From the human T2T-CHM13v2.0 reference genome, Homo sapiens, in NCBI RefSeq assembly GCF_009914755.1, contig NC_060927.1: a DNA stretch of 64,000 nt, one strand, 5' to 3'. Positions 1 to 14,696 of this stretch are shown here, piece by piece (position 1 is the stretch's first letter; every line of letters starts with the position of its first letter). A program made the translations under genes and the position numbers. The notes beneath the pieces are model-generated. The model did no database searches, was not told where the DNA came from, and saw only the letters and a program-made list of their open reading frames with translations.

Positions 1-94
1 GGCAATTAGGATGTTTGAGCAAAGGAATATTAGGGAAAAGTCCTCAATATGTGCATTTTCACCTGGTTACTGTCCCAGTAGGGTAGATAAACTG

Positions 95-440
95 GAAGTC
101 CTCAACCCTGACTGCAAATGGAATCTCCTAGGGAAACATTTTAAAAAACCCCAGAAATGAAGCAAACCAACAACATACAAGCAAACAAAAAACCCACGTG
201 TGGGCCCTACTCTAGAACAATTATTGAGACTCTTCAGGCTGCAGCCAGGCATTATGTTTTTATGTGCAGCTAGAGTTGAGCCCCCAGCATTTAGAACAAA
301 CTTAAACGTACGCAAGAATCACCTGGGGCACTTTTTAAAAAATGCAGATTGCTAGGCCTCACCACCAGAGACTCTATTCAGTAGGTCTGGGGTTGGGGGA
401 GGAGTCTGCATGTTTTAAAAGGTCCTCAGATAATTTAGAT
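95..440. mobile_element. MER5-type hAT-Charlie MITE fragments (probably two adjacent)
   Basis: gaatcacctgggg...aaaatgcagattgctaggcctcaccaccagagactctattcagtaggtctgggg resembles the MER5A core. Confidence 0.7.
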
Positions 441-828
441 TCTGCAGTAGAGATATTGGATTAGAGGATGTGAACATTCCAGACAGCAAGAAAATAGTCA
501 TGAGGGGTGCGCAAGGGTGGTGGAGGAGAGAAGCTCTGTAGGGAAAAGGACATTCCTGAAAAGATTTCCCTTCAGAGCAAAAGCTGCTATCATTAATATC
601 ATTATCCCCTCAGCATGGCTGGTTCTGACAGAAATTGGTGTCTAGCACCCAGATTACTCACTTAATTACATTTATCTTCAGCGTCTCTTGTAATGTGCCA
701 GCACAAGCAGTGGGTCTTGTAATTAAGAGTATGATAGAAGGAAGTACTTTGGATAGGGAGAATGAGAGGGGCTGGAGCAGGTGTTTCAGAGGGGAGGCAT
801 GTATACTCTATTACCTGATGTCAAGAAC

Positions 829-1339
829 TGTAAAGTGTCAAGGTCTGAGATTTACCCTACCTGCTAGCTAACAAGTTAGCCTGCCACAGTTTCATGGATG
901 CTGGCAGAAGTTATGAGACTCCTGGATCAGAGACAAAGGACTTAATGACTCACAGCAAAGCAGGCAGCATGAACTTTAGCATATTTGTATTCGTACTTCT
1001 TACCCCCAAGTCCCACAGTAGCAATGCAGAGGGGCCCAGGTAGATGCTGCGCGTGCTGTGGGTTTGCATTATAGTTGAGGAACTTTGAGCTTAGGAAATT
1101 CCAGTTTTTACAAGAGGCTACAAACAAATCTGCTTTGTCCTGGGGCGGAGGCATTATCTTTCTTATACTTGTCAGTAAACAAATCTGCCCTTTGCCTCAG
1201 AGGGAAACAATATCTCTGTCTTCCAAGTCTGTTCACTATATGAACATCCTTGGAAAGATAATCTGGAACAAAAGCTATCAGGGTCTCGCTTATAAGATGT
1301 GCAGAAATGTCAGAGACCGTGGAGAACTGTCTCCCAACA
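829..1339 (-). mobile_element. Solo LTR, LTR40-like (ERVL)
   Basis: TG...CA termini; the reverse complement starts tgttgggagacagttctccacggtctctgacatttctgcacatctt, as I recall for LTR40. Confidence 0.7.
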
Positions 1340-1666
1340 TTTAACATCTAAGGTCTTCCAGCAGTGGAAGCTATCCACCTCTTCTCACTATGTACCACAT
1401 GTTCCAGGGAAGATTGAACATGCCAGTTAGTTTTGGTATGGAGTGGAGAGTGTTCTGAGACACTAATAAAGTACTTGTAAACATCGAAGTCTGCAAGTGT
1501 TGCTGTTGTGTGTGATGTCAGCTCATACCTCAGAACATGCAATGGATTCCAGGAGTTTTGAAAAAGGGACATGAAGGCAGCAAGTGGAAATACCCCTCTC
1601 TCTGACCATCAATTCTTGACTCTGGAGGTGTCATATATGCAAGAGTGTGTAAAAAGCAACATAGAG

Positions 1667-2152
<486 letters not shown>

Positions 2153-2639
2153 TCACAAAGTACTTTACCAAGCGACAATTATTTCTCCATTTTCTGTATA
2201 TAGGCACTGAAGAATGTAGGAAATGAGACTAATTAGAAGCAGGTCAGATCCCACTTACTGCAGGAAGCAACTCTTGAACAGGGCTGAAAGACAGCAAAGG
2301 ACTAGGATGAAGAAGAGAAGGGAAGGAAAGAACAGAGGACATTCGGATAGGCAAAGAATAGTGTGAAAGCCCAGAAGCTGAAACAAGCAGGGAGCTTCGT
2401 ATGGCTGGCCCCCCACTGCTCCCCTGAACCCTTCTAGGGCCTCTGATGTTCTCCCCAGTGGAGTTATATGTCTGAGCACCATCATTTATCCTCAAGACCC
2501 TACCTTCCCCCTTCCCACCATCACTATTTCTGCATTCATCTGTGGGCATTGGAGCACAATCTTAATTGAGCCTGGGGTTTGACCAGATTGCCACTGAAGA
2601 CTGCCAGAACACTAGCCAGGCGTTTCATTTATCTATTTC

Positions 2640-4099
2640 TGACCCCAAGACATGGTGGCATAAACAACCACCATTTTATTATGCTCATAATTTTGCACCG
2701 CAAGAATTCAGGCAGAGCACAGTGAAGATGACTTATCTTTGCTCCACAATGCTTGGTACCTTAGCTGAGATGGCTCTAACAGTTGGAATGGGTGGGAAAG
2801 GTGTATTAGGGCCATATGTAGGGGGCTTTAGTTCTGTCTGTAGTTACAGTAGAGATAGGAAAATGAAAATGTTTTTCCTAGTCTCAAACAAACCATGCAA
2901 CACAGAAAAAGGTGTGGGGATTTCTCCCCACCAGCAGCCAATCAGTTCTTCAGCAGACACCAACTGGGTGCCCTATAATTAAATTCAATTCTGACATTAT
3001 CTACCTGGAGGCAGCATTGGATTCCACAGATTAAGGGCTTAGTCCCTAAGTGTCCCCAACTTCAGATACCAATCATCAGCCCCAGGTTGTGACCTGTGCT
3101 TCTGGCCAACCAGCTAAAAATTGGGGTTCACATGATCCCCTCTTCAGATTCAGTTAATTTGCTGGAGTGCCTCAGGTAACTCAGGGAGACATGGTTTACC
3201 AGTTTATTATAAAAGATACTAAAAGGATACAGAGAAACAGCCAGATGGAAGAGATGCACAGGGCAAGGCATGTGGGAAATAGTTTCTATGTCATTTCTGG
3301 GTGTGCCACCCTTAAGGAACCTCCACATGTTCCACTGTCCAGAAGCTCCCTGAGGCAGTCCTTTTGGGCTTTTTATGGAGTCTTCATTGTATAGGCACGA
3401 CTGACTAAATCACTGGTTATTGATGATCAACTTAACCTTTATTCCCTCTCCCTGCCCCACTCCTGAAGTTGCAGGATGGGGCTGAAAGTCCCAACCTTCT
3501 AATCATGCTTTGGTCTTTCCAGTGGCCAGCCCCCATCCTGAAGCTGCCTAGGGGCCCCCAGCCACCAGTCATCTTGTTAGCACACAAAAGACACTATCAC
3601 TTGAGAGATTCCAAAGGTTTTAGGAGCTGTATGTCAGGAGGTAGGACAAAGACCACATATATTAATATTTCCACAATATCACAAGCTGCCTTCTTTTTCT
3701 CCCCCTACATTGTGTCTGCTGGGGCTGGAATGTCTAAGATGGTTTTTTTAATACCATATCTGATGCCTGGGCAGGAACAGTTGGGCTGGCTATTTTTCTT
3801 TCTTTGTTTTTCTCTCTCTGTATAGTCTCCCTACATGGCTAGCTTGGGCTTCCTCACAGCATGGTAGTCTCAGGGTAGCCAGACTTCCTATTTGGTGGTA
3901 GGCTTTTCCAAATGTGAATGTTTCAGGGGCACTGGGCAGAGGCTGTAAGGCTTTAGGAGTCCCAGAATGTCTCTTTTACTCCATTCCATTGGTCAATGAA
4001 GCCACCACAGCCAATCTAGATCCAAGGGAATGGGAATTAGACTCTGTCTTTTAATGGGAGGACTAGGGAACAATTTGTGGCCATTTTTAATCTACAACA
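2640..4099 (-). mobile_element. Old MLT1 (MaLR) LTR split by a MER21-like LTR
   Basis: MLT1 motifs (ggcataaacaaccaccattttattatgctcat; gcttgggcttcctcacagcatggtagtctcagggtag) lie on both sides of the 2840-3683 insert. Confidence 0.6.
2840..3683 (-). mobile_element. MER21-like solo LTR
   Basis: The reverse complement begins tgtgatattgtg...; contains the aattcaattctgaca...tacctggag motif typical of MER21. The left boundary is approximate. Confidence 0.65.
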
Positions 4100-4214
4100 C
4101 TAGGTCTGGGCAGATCAAACCATATCTCCAGGTGAAGGGCCTGGGAACCTGTGTGTTCAACAAGTGACCCCCTAGGGGACTACTGTTATCAGGAAAGTTT
4201 GGGAGACACTGGTT

Positions 4215-5065
4215 GGTATAGGCTGAATTTTGTCCCACCTAAAATTCATATGTTGAAGCCCTAACCCCCAGTACCTCAAAATGTAACTATATTTAGAGAA
4301 GAGGCCTTTAAACAGGTGATTAGAGTGAGCCCTAATCTGATATGATTGGTGTCCTAGTCATTTGCAACAACATGGATGGAACTGGAGGCCATTATGTTAA
4401 GTGAAATAAACCAGGCACAGAAAGACAAATATCCCATGTTCTCACTTATTTATGGGATCTAAAAATCAAAACAATTAAACTCATGAACATAGAGAGTACA
4501 AGGATGGTTACTAGAGGCTGGGAAAGGTAGTAGGGGGTTGAAGGGAGCGGGGAGGTGGGAATGGTTAATGGATACAAAAAATTAGAATGAATAACAACTG
4601 CTATTTGATAGTACAATGGGGTGACTATAGTCAATAATAACTCAATTGTACATTTTAAAATAAAGAATATAATTGAATTATTTGTAACTCGAAGGATAAA
4701 TGCTTGAGAGGATGGATACCCCATTCTCCGTGATGTGCTTATTTCACGTTACATGCCTGTATCCAAACATCTCACATACCCTGTAAATAATATGCACCTA
4801 CTATGTACCCACAAAAATAAAAATAAAAAAGGGGATATTGTACCTACAAAGAGATACCATGGATGTGTGTGCACAGAGGAGAGGCTGTAGAAGGACACAG
4901 CAAGAGGCCGGCCATCTGCAAACCAGAGGCCTCAGAAGAAACCAAACCTGCTGACACCTTTTAATCTTGGACTTCTAGTTTCTAAAACCATGTAAAATAA
5001 ATTGCTGTTGTTTAAGCTACAGTCTGTGGGGTGTTTTGTTATGGAAGCCCTAGCAAAGTAATACA
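4215..5065 (+). mobile_element. MLT1B-like MaLR LTR interrupted by an L1 3' end
   Basis: ggctgaattttgtccc...aaaattcatatgttgaagccctaacccccagtacctca start and ...gccctagcaaagtaataca end. Confidence 0.75.
4357..4830 (+). mobile_element. L1MA-type 3' end (5'-truncated)
   Basis: gtcatttgcaacaacatggatggaactggaggccattatgttaagtgaaataa...; ends tactatgtacccacaaaaataaaaataaaaaa. Confidence 0.85.
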
Positions 5066-5219
5066 CTGATACCATGAGTTAACTATTAAACTAGGCATTG
5101 TTTGCCTTGAGTTAATTACATATGCATAAAACTTACATTCCCCAAAAATTGTCAGCATATGTACTTCTATTCTTTATTGACCTGACCTAGAATCTATCTG
5201 ATATTTGATCTAATGTTTA

Positions 5220-5648
5220 CTTGCTTCCTGTTGGTCCTGGGCCTGTTTGCCTTCAGATCCATCCCAACTTCTGTCCTGCCATTTTGCAGGGTGCCAACCC
5301 CTGTAGACTGCATTTCCCAGGCTCCATGAAAGTTGGCTGCTGGCAGAGTTTAGCCAGCGGAAAGCCCTGTTGGGAGATTGAAGAGTGGAAAGAAAGCGGG
5401 GAACTGGAGTATCCTTCCTCAGCCTCTCTCACTCCCACATTTTTATGGGTGAAGAAATGAGGCTCAGCTGTCCTGGTTCCAGCTTCCATGGTATGACCCT
5501 GGTTCCTGGTCATCTCTGGGCTTTTTCTACATTCTTACTCTCTTTTTAGCTCTCCTGTCATCTGGATAAGCTATTTCCTGAATTGAATCTAGTATGTTTT
5601 TAATTCTTAGTATGATTTTTGTTTTTCTGGGTGGACCCTGAAAGATGT
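5220..5648 (+). mobile_element. Old ERVL LTR (LTR33-like)
   Basis: actgcatttcccaggctcc...ggcagagtttagccagcggaaagccctgttgggagattg and a ...ggaccctga end; heavily diverged. Confidence 0.45.
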
Positions 5649-8600
5649 ACTCTTTTAATATTTTCTCCTAATTTAATGAACCACTTAACACTTCCCTATT
5701 TCCAAGTTCACTCCTACTATACTCCTTTCTACATATACAATCAAATTTAATGTTCATTCTGGAATTTCTTTAAACTACAACTTATGGCATTTCCAAAAGA
5801 AAGACACAAAACTAAATGAAAAAATAGCCATCTTTCAGAGTCCAACCTGCCAGTGATGACCCCTCTTTAACCTTTGGTATATGCCCTCGAGTCTTTGTTT
5901 CACTTTTTTCTTTAATATATTTTCCCTAATATTTTTTGCAATTTTACATAGTTTGAGCTCACAAAGTATATCTATTTTTGCATCCAGTCTCTTTTAGCTT
6001 GACATTTTATCATAAGCATTTCCCTATTTTTTTAAGAACTCTTTATAAGTATCATTTTTAACTTGTGAAAGGAACTAAAAAGGTAGAATTAGGGAGGATT
6101 CTGACTTATGAAATTCTGTACTCCAAAAAGAGTGTTCCAACTAGGCTTTGCATCTGTATCTCTCAAACTAGTTGCTCAACAGATATTCACTGAGTGCTTA
6201 CAGTAACCCTGGTATGGTGGGAGAACTGAGGGAAGAAACCATCTGGGGACAGAGACTGGTTAGGAAGCCAAGAGAACACCTATGAAGCAATTAGAGAGCA
6301 AGAGAAGGTTTCCAAAAAATTAGTTGCTAGGTGGAGTGCTCCAGACAATGAGTATAATAAAAGAGCAGAAGAGGGAGCGATCGATGTGGGCTGGACTTGT
6401 CCCCAAAAGTCTCTTCCTGTGACATGATCTGAATAGTGAGTGAACCATGGGCAGGATTCTGGTAGGTCTGGAGGAGACGGAAGGAACTCCAGGGTTAGGA
6501 GGCTTTGGTGTCAAGCATACCTGGGTCTTAGTTCTGGCTCTGTCATCTTTACTAGTTCTGTGATGATAGACAAGTTACGAGCCTCCCGAGGCTTCAGTTT
6601 CTTGGTGGTAGTGATAGAACTACCTACTGCATGGAATGAAATTCTGTAGTCAGAAGAGTTCAATCTTATTTCTTCCTACAAGGATTAAACATTCCCCCAG
6701 GTGAGGATGGAAATGAATAACTTCCATGTAAACACTTGCTATGGATTATTAACTATAGCTAAAACTCCATTTTCATGTTACTGAAAGCATAAATGGCTTG
6801 CCCTACTAAGACAGGGGAAGTTAGTATCTGAGTTAGTATTTGAAGGTGGATCTCCTGGTGCAGCTCAACCCAAGGGCACTGAGCCCTCTCCCAGTGCTCC
6901 TTGTATGCCAGGTACTGCCAGAGCCCTTGGATCCGTGTGGTTTCTCAGATTTCAGCTTGGCCCTGTTCCCTTTCTGGGTGGGCCCTTATCTGCTGTTCCA
7001 TGAGAAAAGGGTTGCATGCTGAGGAGAAATGAAGTATGTTTGCTAAGGACACCTATTTGAGGACTCTGAGCTGGTAGACCTGAGTTTTAGGAAGAGAAGG
7101 CAGTGATGGTAGGTATAGGGGGGATGGGAGAATGACAAGTATGAGAACATTTATATGTAATTGTTGCAAATATTATAGGCCTGGTACAAGTGTCTGTGGC
7201 CCCAAATACCTTTGGAATCTGTTTGCAAAGTTGGCTTATTACTACTAGCAGAGATTTGGGGAAAAGAAGTAATGAAGAGGGAGAAACCACATACACTCTT
7301 TCAGAGGGTGCAAAGACATTTTTACTATAGCCCCTCATTAATGAACTTCTCTCCTGGAGGTTAGCCAAGCTGATGGGGGCTTGCCAGACCTCACAAGGCC
7401 TCATTCCTCCTTCCACAGATGAACTTACCTTTCTTAAGACCTCCTATGAGACCTACCTCTTGGGATGCTGCCTTTGCTAAACTGATAGGTTGCCAGCTCC
7501 TGTGTTGGAAGGATCAAAGGATGGAGCATGTACAAGTACTTTGTTACTGGTGGGGAAAGGGTCCTGAGGAGCTGGGTCTGACTTTCTAAGAGCCATAATA
7601 AAGCATGTCCACATTTGTGGCACTTCGTCCTGAGGCTCCCGTGTGCTGTCAGGGTGAGAGGAGGGAAGAAATCTTTTTCCCCTCCTCCTCAAGGGCCATG
7701 TAGAATCACCTGTCTTATCCAACCTGCCCTAAAAGGGGAAGGTCTTGAAATAGAGAACCTCACTGAACCATGCCCCTGGATTCTATGGGCATAGAATTGG
7801 CTCCACAAGAGCCTATCTTTGCTTCCACTCTCATCTACCTCTTGACTCCATTGTTTGGATAACAATGAGGAGCTGAGTTTAGCAGCTGAACATGGGGTGC
7901 TTTGTCCATGTTTCTGCACAAAAGGACAGCTGCTGAAGTCTGCAAAGGCCTGCCTACCTGCCAGAAATCTAATTTCAGACGCTTGCATCAAACTCACCTG
8001 CACTCTAGTGCACTTCTATAATTGTTTTGGTTCTTGTCAAAAGCGCTCTTTTGCTTTGGGAGAAGGAAGAAATTCACAGAGGGAAAGGGGGAACACCAGG
8101 GATCTTTCATCACCGACTTTGTCCTCAGGGCTTGGAACTCTTTCCCCAACTGTCCACTCTGAATAATGGGAATAAATGGGAAAGGATTAGGGTGTTTTCC
8201 GTGACCCCACTTGTCTTAATTGAGAACCCCTAGAATTGCCCCTCAGTGATGTTTGCACAATGTACATGATCCCCTCTGATTATTGTGGCCAAAGCAAGCA
8301 TCCCTGATTTATCATTTAATTCCTGGCCCTTATTAGGTTGTCTATCTTAGTCTCAGACAAGCTGCAGGTGGGGTCTTTTTCAGGTTCACTGCTGAGGTTG
8401 TTTTAAAGGCCAGTTGGGTATGTGAGGGCTCTGAAAAAAAGTGAGGTGCTCTTCCCATGAGAAGTCTTACTGCTGTTATTACAGATAATATAATAATAAT
8501 GGGGACTGCTGCTGCCATTTCCTAGATTGGAGAGGCTCAGATCCTGGATCACAGACAGAAGAAGAGAGAAGGGCAGGGTGGAGGAGGGGCAGCAGTGACA

Positions 8601-8959
8601 GCCAGGAATTTTTTATAAGCTCATATCAAAGAAATTCCTCAGGAACACATTTCCCTTAGAGCTTTTTTTGGCTGCATTGAAGTTGGTCTTTCTTTTCTTC
8701 ATTTCTGAGGGCAAAAGTAGTTTCCTATTCTTCTTGGCTACTTATTTCTAAATCTTCATTTTGTTTTCTTGATCATCTAAATACATACACACATATATAT
8801 GACAAAAATAAAGCGTACACACTTTATAACCTTTTTAAAACCTAAACACATTGTTCATGAACATCTTTCAATGTTGTTACATTTCTGGAAATTACTTTTA
8901 ATGACACAATAGTATTCTGTCTTATGGCTGCATCTTGATAATGGCAGTACTACTAATAG

Positions 8960-9200
8960 CGAATGTTTATTGAGTGATTTCTTGTTCTACAGTTATCTAG
9001 GAATATATCAAGCCCTGTACTAAGTAATAATACTAGGAGGCAGGTGCTATCATTATGCTCATTTACAGATGAGGAAATGGAGGCTTAAATAATTTAAGTA
9101 ATTTTCTAAAAGTCACACAATTCTTGAGTGGTAGAGTTGGGATTTAACCTAAGCATTCTGATTTCAGACCCTACACACCCAACAATTATGCTATGCTACC
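8960..9200 (-). mobile_element. MIR
   Basis: catttacagatgaggaaatggaggctt...aagtcacaca core. Confidence 0.7.
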
Positions 9201-10359
9201 ATCATTTATTTCACTACTCTCTTAGTGTTGGACATTTTGGATTTTTTTTTCATTTAAAAAGATTGCAAACCCTGTCGTTTACCCTTTGCATACATCCATA
9301 ATGATTTTCTTGACTAGATTTGCCTTATATAATTCTGTCTTTGAATAACATGGTAACTCCAGACTCCTAGCATGTTAAACTTTGTCTCTGTATTCTATAT
9401 TGTAAGTTTTTATTTGGTTTCCTGAACATCCATGATGCTGGGGAGAAGATGCTTACTTTCTGCAGGTGCATTATTCAAGAGCAGCCCTCTTGCTAATCAA
9501 GCCCTTGCTTCTGGCCTCTGGAAGCAAGCCTTGTGTGCTACTTATAAACAAACACCCAGAACACAGTCTTCTCCTTCTTCTTAGTTTATCCTGTTTTCAT
9601 TTTATCTTGTCTCGTAGATCCCAGATTCTACCAAACCACATCTTGCCTTCATCCTCAGCCTTGATCCTTCTAGCTAGAACACTTTTCCGGTTGTGGGCAA
9701 GAACTTTCCCACACGTTCTCTGCCTGGTTCACCCTCCAGCCCAACCTCAGTGTCTCTTGTGGACATCTTGTAAAGATAGACCATTCTAATGCTGTTTCCA
9801 AGGGGCTGCCACTTGCTCCAGCCCTTTAGCAGGGACGTGACAGGCAGGGCTTGTCCTCTGCCCTGACCACAGACCCTATACTGCTGTGCATAGGGAGGGA
9901 TTTATCAGGAGCCTTCCTATCTGTTTTTCTTGCAATGCAGTTTATCTAGAAATGTTCCTTCTATCTGCCAGGTAATTGTCCTCGTCATATCTCCAAACAT
10001 GCCCCCTGCATGTTCTTTTCTGTCCCCACCTTCAGCTGCTCTCCGATGGTTTCCACCAGAATGCTACCCACAGCTCTCTTATGGTGCACACTTAGTGATT
10101 CAAATGACTTCCATGGATTCATTCTCTGGACCCATATGCAATTCTCCAGGCACTGTATGATTTTTAAAAAACAATACCACATTTATACAGACCCAGAGAG
10201 ACAGACATATAACAATGAGGTATTACTTCTCTTTTTAGCTAGATTTCTGATCGAGGAATTAAAAGCTTCGTGCTAAATGGGGAAAGAAGGGTAGATTTTG
10301 GATGGCAAGAGGAACTTTCCCTTGCTTACTCCTAGAGGTCATCTAACCTTGGGAAGTCT

Positions 10360-10590
10360 CTGGAGTGTGGTGCTGAGAAAAGCAGACATGGACCTTGGAC
10401 AACACTGGGTTTGATTCTGCACTCCATAACTCATGATTTGTGCAACACAGTCAAGTTTCTTAACTTCTTTAAGCCTGATTTTTCTCATCTGAAATTGGGA
10501 TAATAGCAACTTAAGTTTATTGTATTAGATTTCCAGAAAATGCGTGTCAAGTCCTTTGCCTTTCCACAGCTTGCCGCACAGTAAGTGCTC
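10360..10590 (+). mobile_element. MIR
   Basis: caagtttcttaacttctttaagcctgatttttctcatctgaaattgggataatagc ... cacagtaagtgctcaat. Confidence 0.65.
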
Positions 10591-10784
10591 AATATTGTTT
10601 TCATTAAAGGCTTCTGAGGTGGGAGGGCTCAAAGAGACAATTTGTGTTCTCACTGTTGCAAATGCTTCCCTGAGGGGAGGATAAGCTGGGAGCTGCCTGG
10701 CTGAGCTACCAGGGGCTTCTCCCAGGGAGGGCAACATCCCTCAAACAAAAGTTCATGACATCCTCTTGATAAGGAGTTCTTATT

Positions 10785-10950
10785 CTGGGTTCATGAGTGA
10801 GCTTTTTTGGAGGTCCATTCAGCTCCTATAATTGCATGGAAATTTTGTGCATGTATGTATACATGCAATTTACGAAGACAAAAGTCTGTGGCTTTCATCA
10901 GATTCTGAAAGGGGTCACTGACTCTAGAGAGGTTAGGAATCGCTGCTCTA
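10785..10950. mobile_element. hAT-Charlie non-autonomous element (subfamily unresolved); related copy in opposite orientation near 28525-28700
   Basis: gctttcatcagattctgaaaggggtcactgactc...ggttaggaatcgctg terminal motif. Confidence 0.5.
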
Positions 10951-12417
10951 GAAGCTCCTTTGGCTCCTGCATTGTTTTCTTCCATCAACAGTGGCTGCGG
11001 ACTATACTGGGCAGGAATGAGGGATCCAGAGCAGAGGCTGGGAATGGATCATGGGGCCTCAGCCAGAATCTGGAAGTACCAGGAAGCCAGAGGCCCAGAT
11101 TGTGTGATCGGTCAGTGCTAGGAGAGAGTCAGGAGCAAGGATGGGACAGGTACCAGGGATCAAAGTAAGGCATGCTGCAGACCTAAGGAGGCTAAGGAAA
11201 GGCCTGAAAGGCTAGAGATAGGGAGACTTTGAAGCCGAGGCCAGGCTGCCTGTTTCACTGCTGAACTGAGTTCCTGAGTGGGAGACACAGGTTGGAGCAT
11301 TGATACTGCAGTGCATGCCTGACATTCACTCTTGCTGCTTCCAGTCTAGGCTTCTTCCCATTTCCCTTTCCTCTGCTTTATTTGCACCAAGAATTCTCCC
11401 TGCCAGGGCTCCAGAGCCCATTCTCCTCAACTTCTCACACACTCCACACCACCCCAGAAATGCAGAAAGATCTTTCCCAATGCCTTAGACCTCTGGCTCC
11501 TTGGACTCTTGCATCCTAAAGAGTTTCTGGATTTGTGTTGAACAGCCCACATTTTGTCCTCCCTGGGATCTGTGGAGTCCTAAATTGGGCACCCACAGGA
11601 GAGTGACAAGCTAGTTTCCTTTTATACTCTGGAGAGGGAAAAAAGAAATGTAACAAGAAGGATTGATGTTTTGCATTCATTTATTCAAATAATTTTTATT
11701 AAGAAGTTACATATGCCAATCACCATGCTAAATGCTGAGAAAATAATACTGAATTAGATGCAATCCTTTTTTCTTAAAGAGTAAAGGATCTTGTGCAGAA
11801 GTCAGAACAGTGGCCGGGCAATTACCATGCAGCGATCTAAGTGCTCCATTGGAGGGGTATGTGGCTAGCCTGAGCAATATGAGCCTGTACAGCAACACAC
11901 ATCAGATGGGTAATTGTAGAAGCTTTAGAGAATGTCAAGATCTGTTTCAGCTGTTTGAGGTGGGTGGAGTGAGGCAAGATAGACAAGATGGCCACTGGAA
12001 GGCATCATCTATTATTGGATTTGGTTTTTTAGTACCTCTTGTGGGTGAGTTTTGATAGAGCATCCTACCAAGATGCATGTTCTTTTGGCAAGAGTAAGAG
12101 GTTCCTGAAAAGGTTTTTCAACCTTCTCTGGTATTTGCCAGATTCCCCATGACCGATCCTCTTCTGCATATGTCTAAATTTTGAAATGGGAAACTAGCAT
12201 CATAAACAGGAAGGTGGGTGGCTGCAGCAGTGGCTGCAAAACTCAGGTATGCAGTGTGAGAAGATGGTCAGTGGTGTAATGAAAAAAGTACTGGGTTGAC
12301 AGTAGAAAACTGGGTTCCTAACCTGGTGCTACCACTAGTAAGCCGTGGAATATTTGGTAAGTAACTTCTTTCTGAGCCTCTCCCTCAACTTATAAATGTG
12401 GAATAAATCGTCTCTGC

Positions 12418-12770
12418 TGTCTTAGTTCATTTGGGCTGTTATAACAAAATACCATAAACTGGGTGGCTTACAAACAACAAACCTTTATTTCTCATAGTTC
12501 TGAAGGCTGGGAAATCCAGGATCAAGGTGCCTGCAGATTCAGTGTCTGGCGAGGGCATGTTCCTCATGAATAATGCCTTCTGTGTGTCATGGCAGCAGGG
12601 GCAAATGGGCTCTCTGGGGTCTTTTTTAAAGAACACTAGTCCCATTCATGAGGGCTTTGCCCTTAGGACCTAATTATCTCCCAAAGGCCTATCTTTAAAT
12701 ACCATCACGTCGTACTTAGAATTTCAACATATAAATTTGGGGCAGGGGGACAGAAACTTTCATTCTGTAG
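12418..12770 (-). mobile_element. MLT1A/A0-like MaLR LTR inserted into a MIR (about 12270-12835)
   Basis: tgtcttagttcatttgggctgttataacaaaataccataaactgggtggctta...; MIR halves on both flanks. Confidence 0.8.
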
Positions 12771-12999
12771 TTCATGCCTTAGAGAATTGTGGTGAACAAT
12801 GCATGAGAGAATGCATGCAAAAGTGACTCAGCATGTTACATGGGAGGGGTTACATCTGGGAGCCTGAGAGGCTTTTCTAAGTCTGGGGTATATTTTTTTC
12901 ACAGCTTTTCACATTGAGAGAGCAGAAATTAAGAGCCACCCTACACCATCCCTCTTGGGAGGGTGGTGTAAGTGTCCTTTTGATTTGTGAATCCGTATG

Positions 13000-13440
13000 T
13001 ATGGCATAGATAATGCAGGTTAGTGTACTTAATATCTATTCCAAAAACCTCTTTCCTTCCTTTATTATCAAGGATAGAGAGTGAAATACTTAACTTCCCA
13101 GCTTCCCTTGGCACTAAGGAAGATGTGACACAATTTTGACTATTGATATACAGGCACAAGCCAATGGGTGATCTTCTCTTCCTAAATAAAGGTAAAGCCA
13201 TCCAAAGAAAAAGCTATTTGCTTTTCACCCTCCTTCCTCCCTAGAATGGGGATATGATGCCAGGAGATTCTGCAGCCATCTTGTGACCAAGAGACAAAGG
13301 CCACGTATAAGACAACAGCCACCATTGAGGCAGCTCTGGAATGCCAGGTCCAACCTCTTACTTAAGACAAATAAGCACCTTACTTGTTTAAGCCATTATG
13401 GTAGAGCTTTCCGTGACTCTCTGCCAAATCCTAATGTAGG
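13000..13440 (+). mobile_element. Old MLT1 (J/K/L-like) LTR
   Basis: tgcagccatcttgtgacca...aaataagcaccttacttgtttaagccatt motifs. Confidence 0.55.
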
Positions 13441-14337
13441 ATTCTGAAGTCTGGGAAGTCCCGGCTGAACTTGGGCTCAGAAGCTGGTGGAGATGCTGCA
13501 TGGTGCAGGCCATCCCTTCCTTGCAGGAGGAACAATGGCTGTCCTTGACTCCATCTGGCTTAGCTCCTGGTCACTCCAGTGTCTTGGCACTTCCCCTGGA
13601 GGACTGGAGCTTTGTGTGTGTTTTCTTTTTTAGGAAATAAGAAAACATCACTAGTATTCAGAAATTTTCCCTTCCTGAAATAGAATCCTTTGGAAAAAAA
13701 AAGGATTTAAAATGCTGTTCTCGTCAAAAAACATTTATAAAGTCTTGGTGTATGGTGGCTATGCTGTGGTCTGTACAGGTTGATGGATGTGATCTCCATC
13801 CTCCTAGAGCTCCTTGTGGGAAGGCAGATGTGTAGACCTCCCCCTGGGTGCTCCTAATCTAATGGAGGACACTGAGCATAAACAAGTGATAGACCTGGGA
13901 GTGTTTGCTTTTTGAGAATGTTTAACTTTTGAGGACTTATAAATTAAGTCTATAAATGCAGCTAAGGGAGTGGTTCCTGTCTTGGGGGAGAAGTGGCTTT
14001 TACTTGGGCCACATCTATGTCTCTAGCTAGGTTTGGCCCTTGGAGCCCTGACCAGCAGCTGCTGAAAACGAGGCTCATGCACTCAGCAGTCTGGGGCCAG
14101 CTGGAGCCCTGTGATGGGGCCAGGCTGGGCCAGATGCTGGGGCGGAGTGGGAAGCACTTCTTGTCACATCTAATCAGTCCCACTTCTTCCTGTCTCCTAC
14201 CTCCCTTCACTTGCAGGGGAAAGCACAGCAGCTTCAGAGCTAGCTCAGGTTGCAAGTATGAAATTTTATGTGCTTGGCATGTTTCATCTACATGGAAGTG
14301 ATTTGGAAATTTTACATTAGGAAAAACATCAGCATGA

Positions 14338-14696
<359 letters not shown>
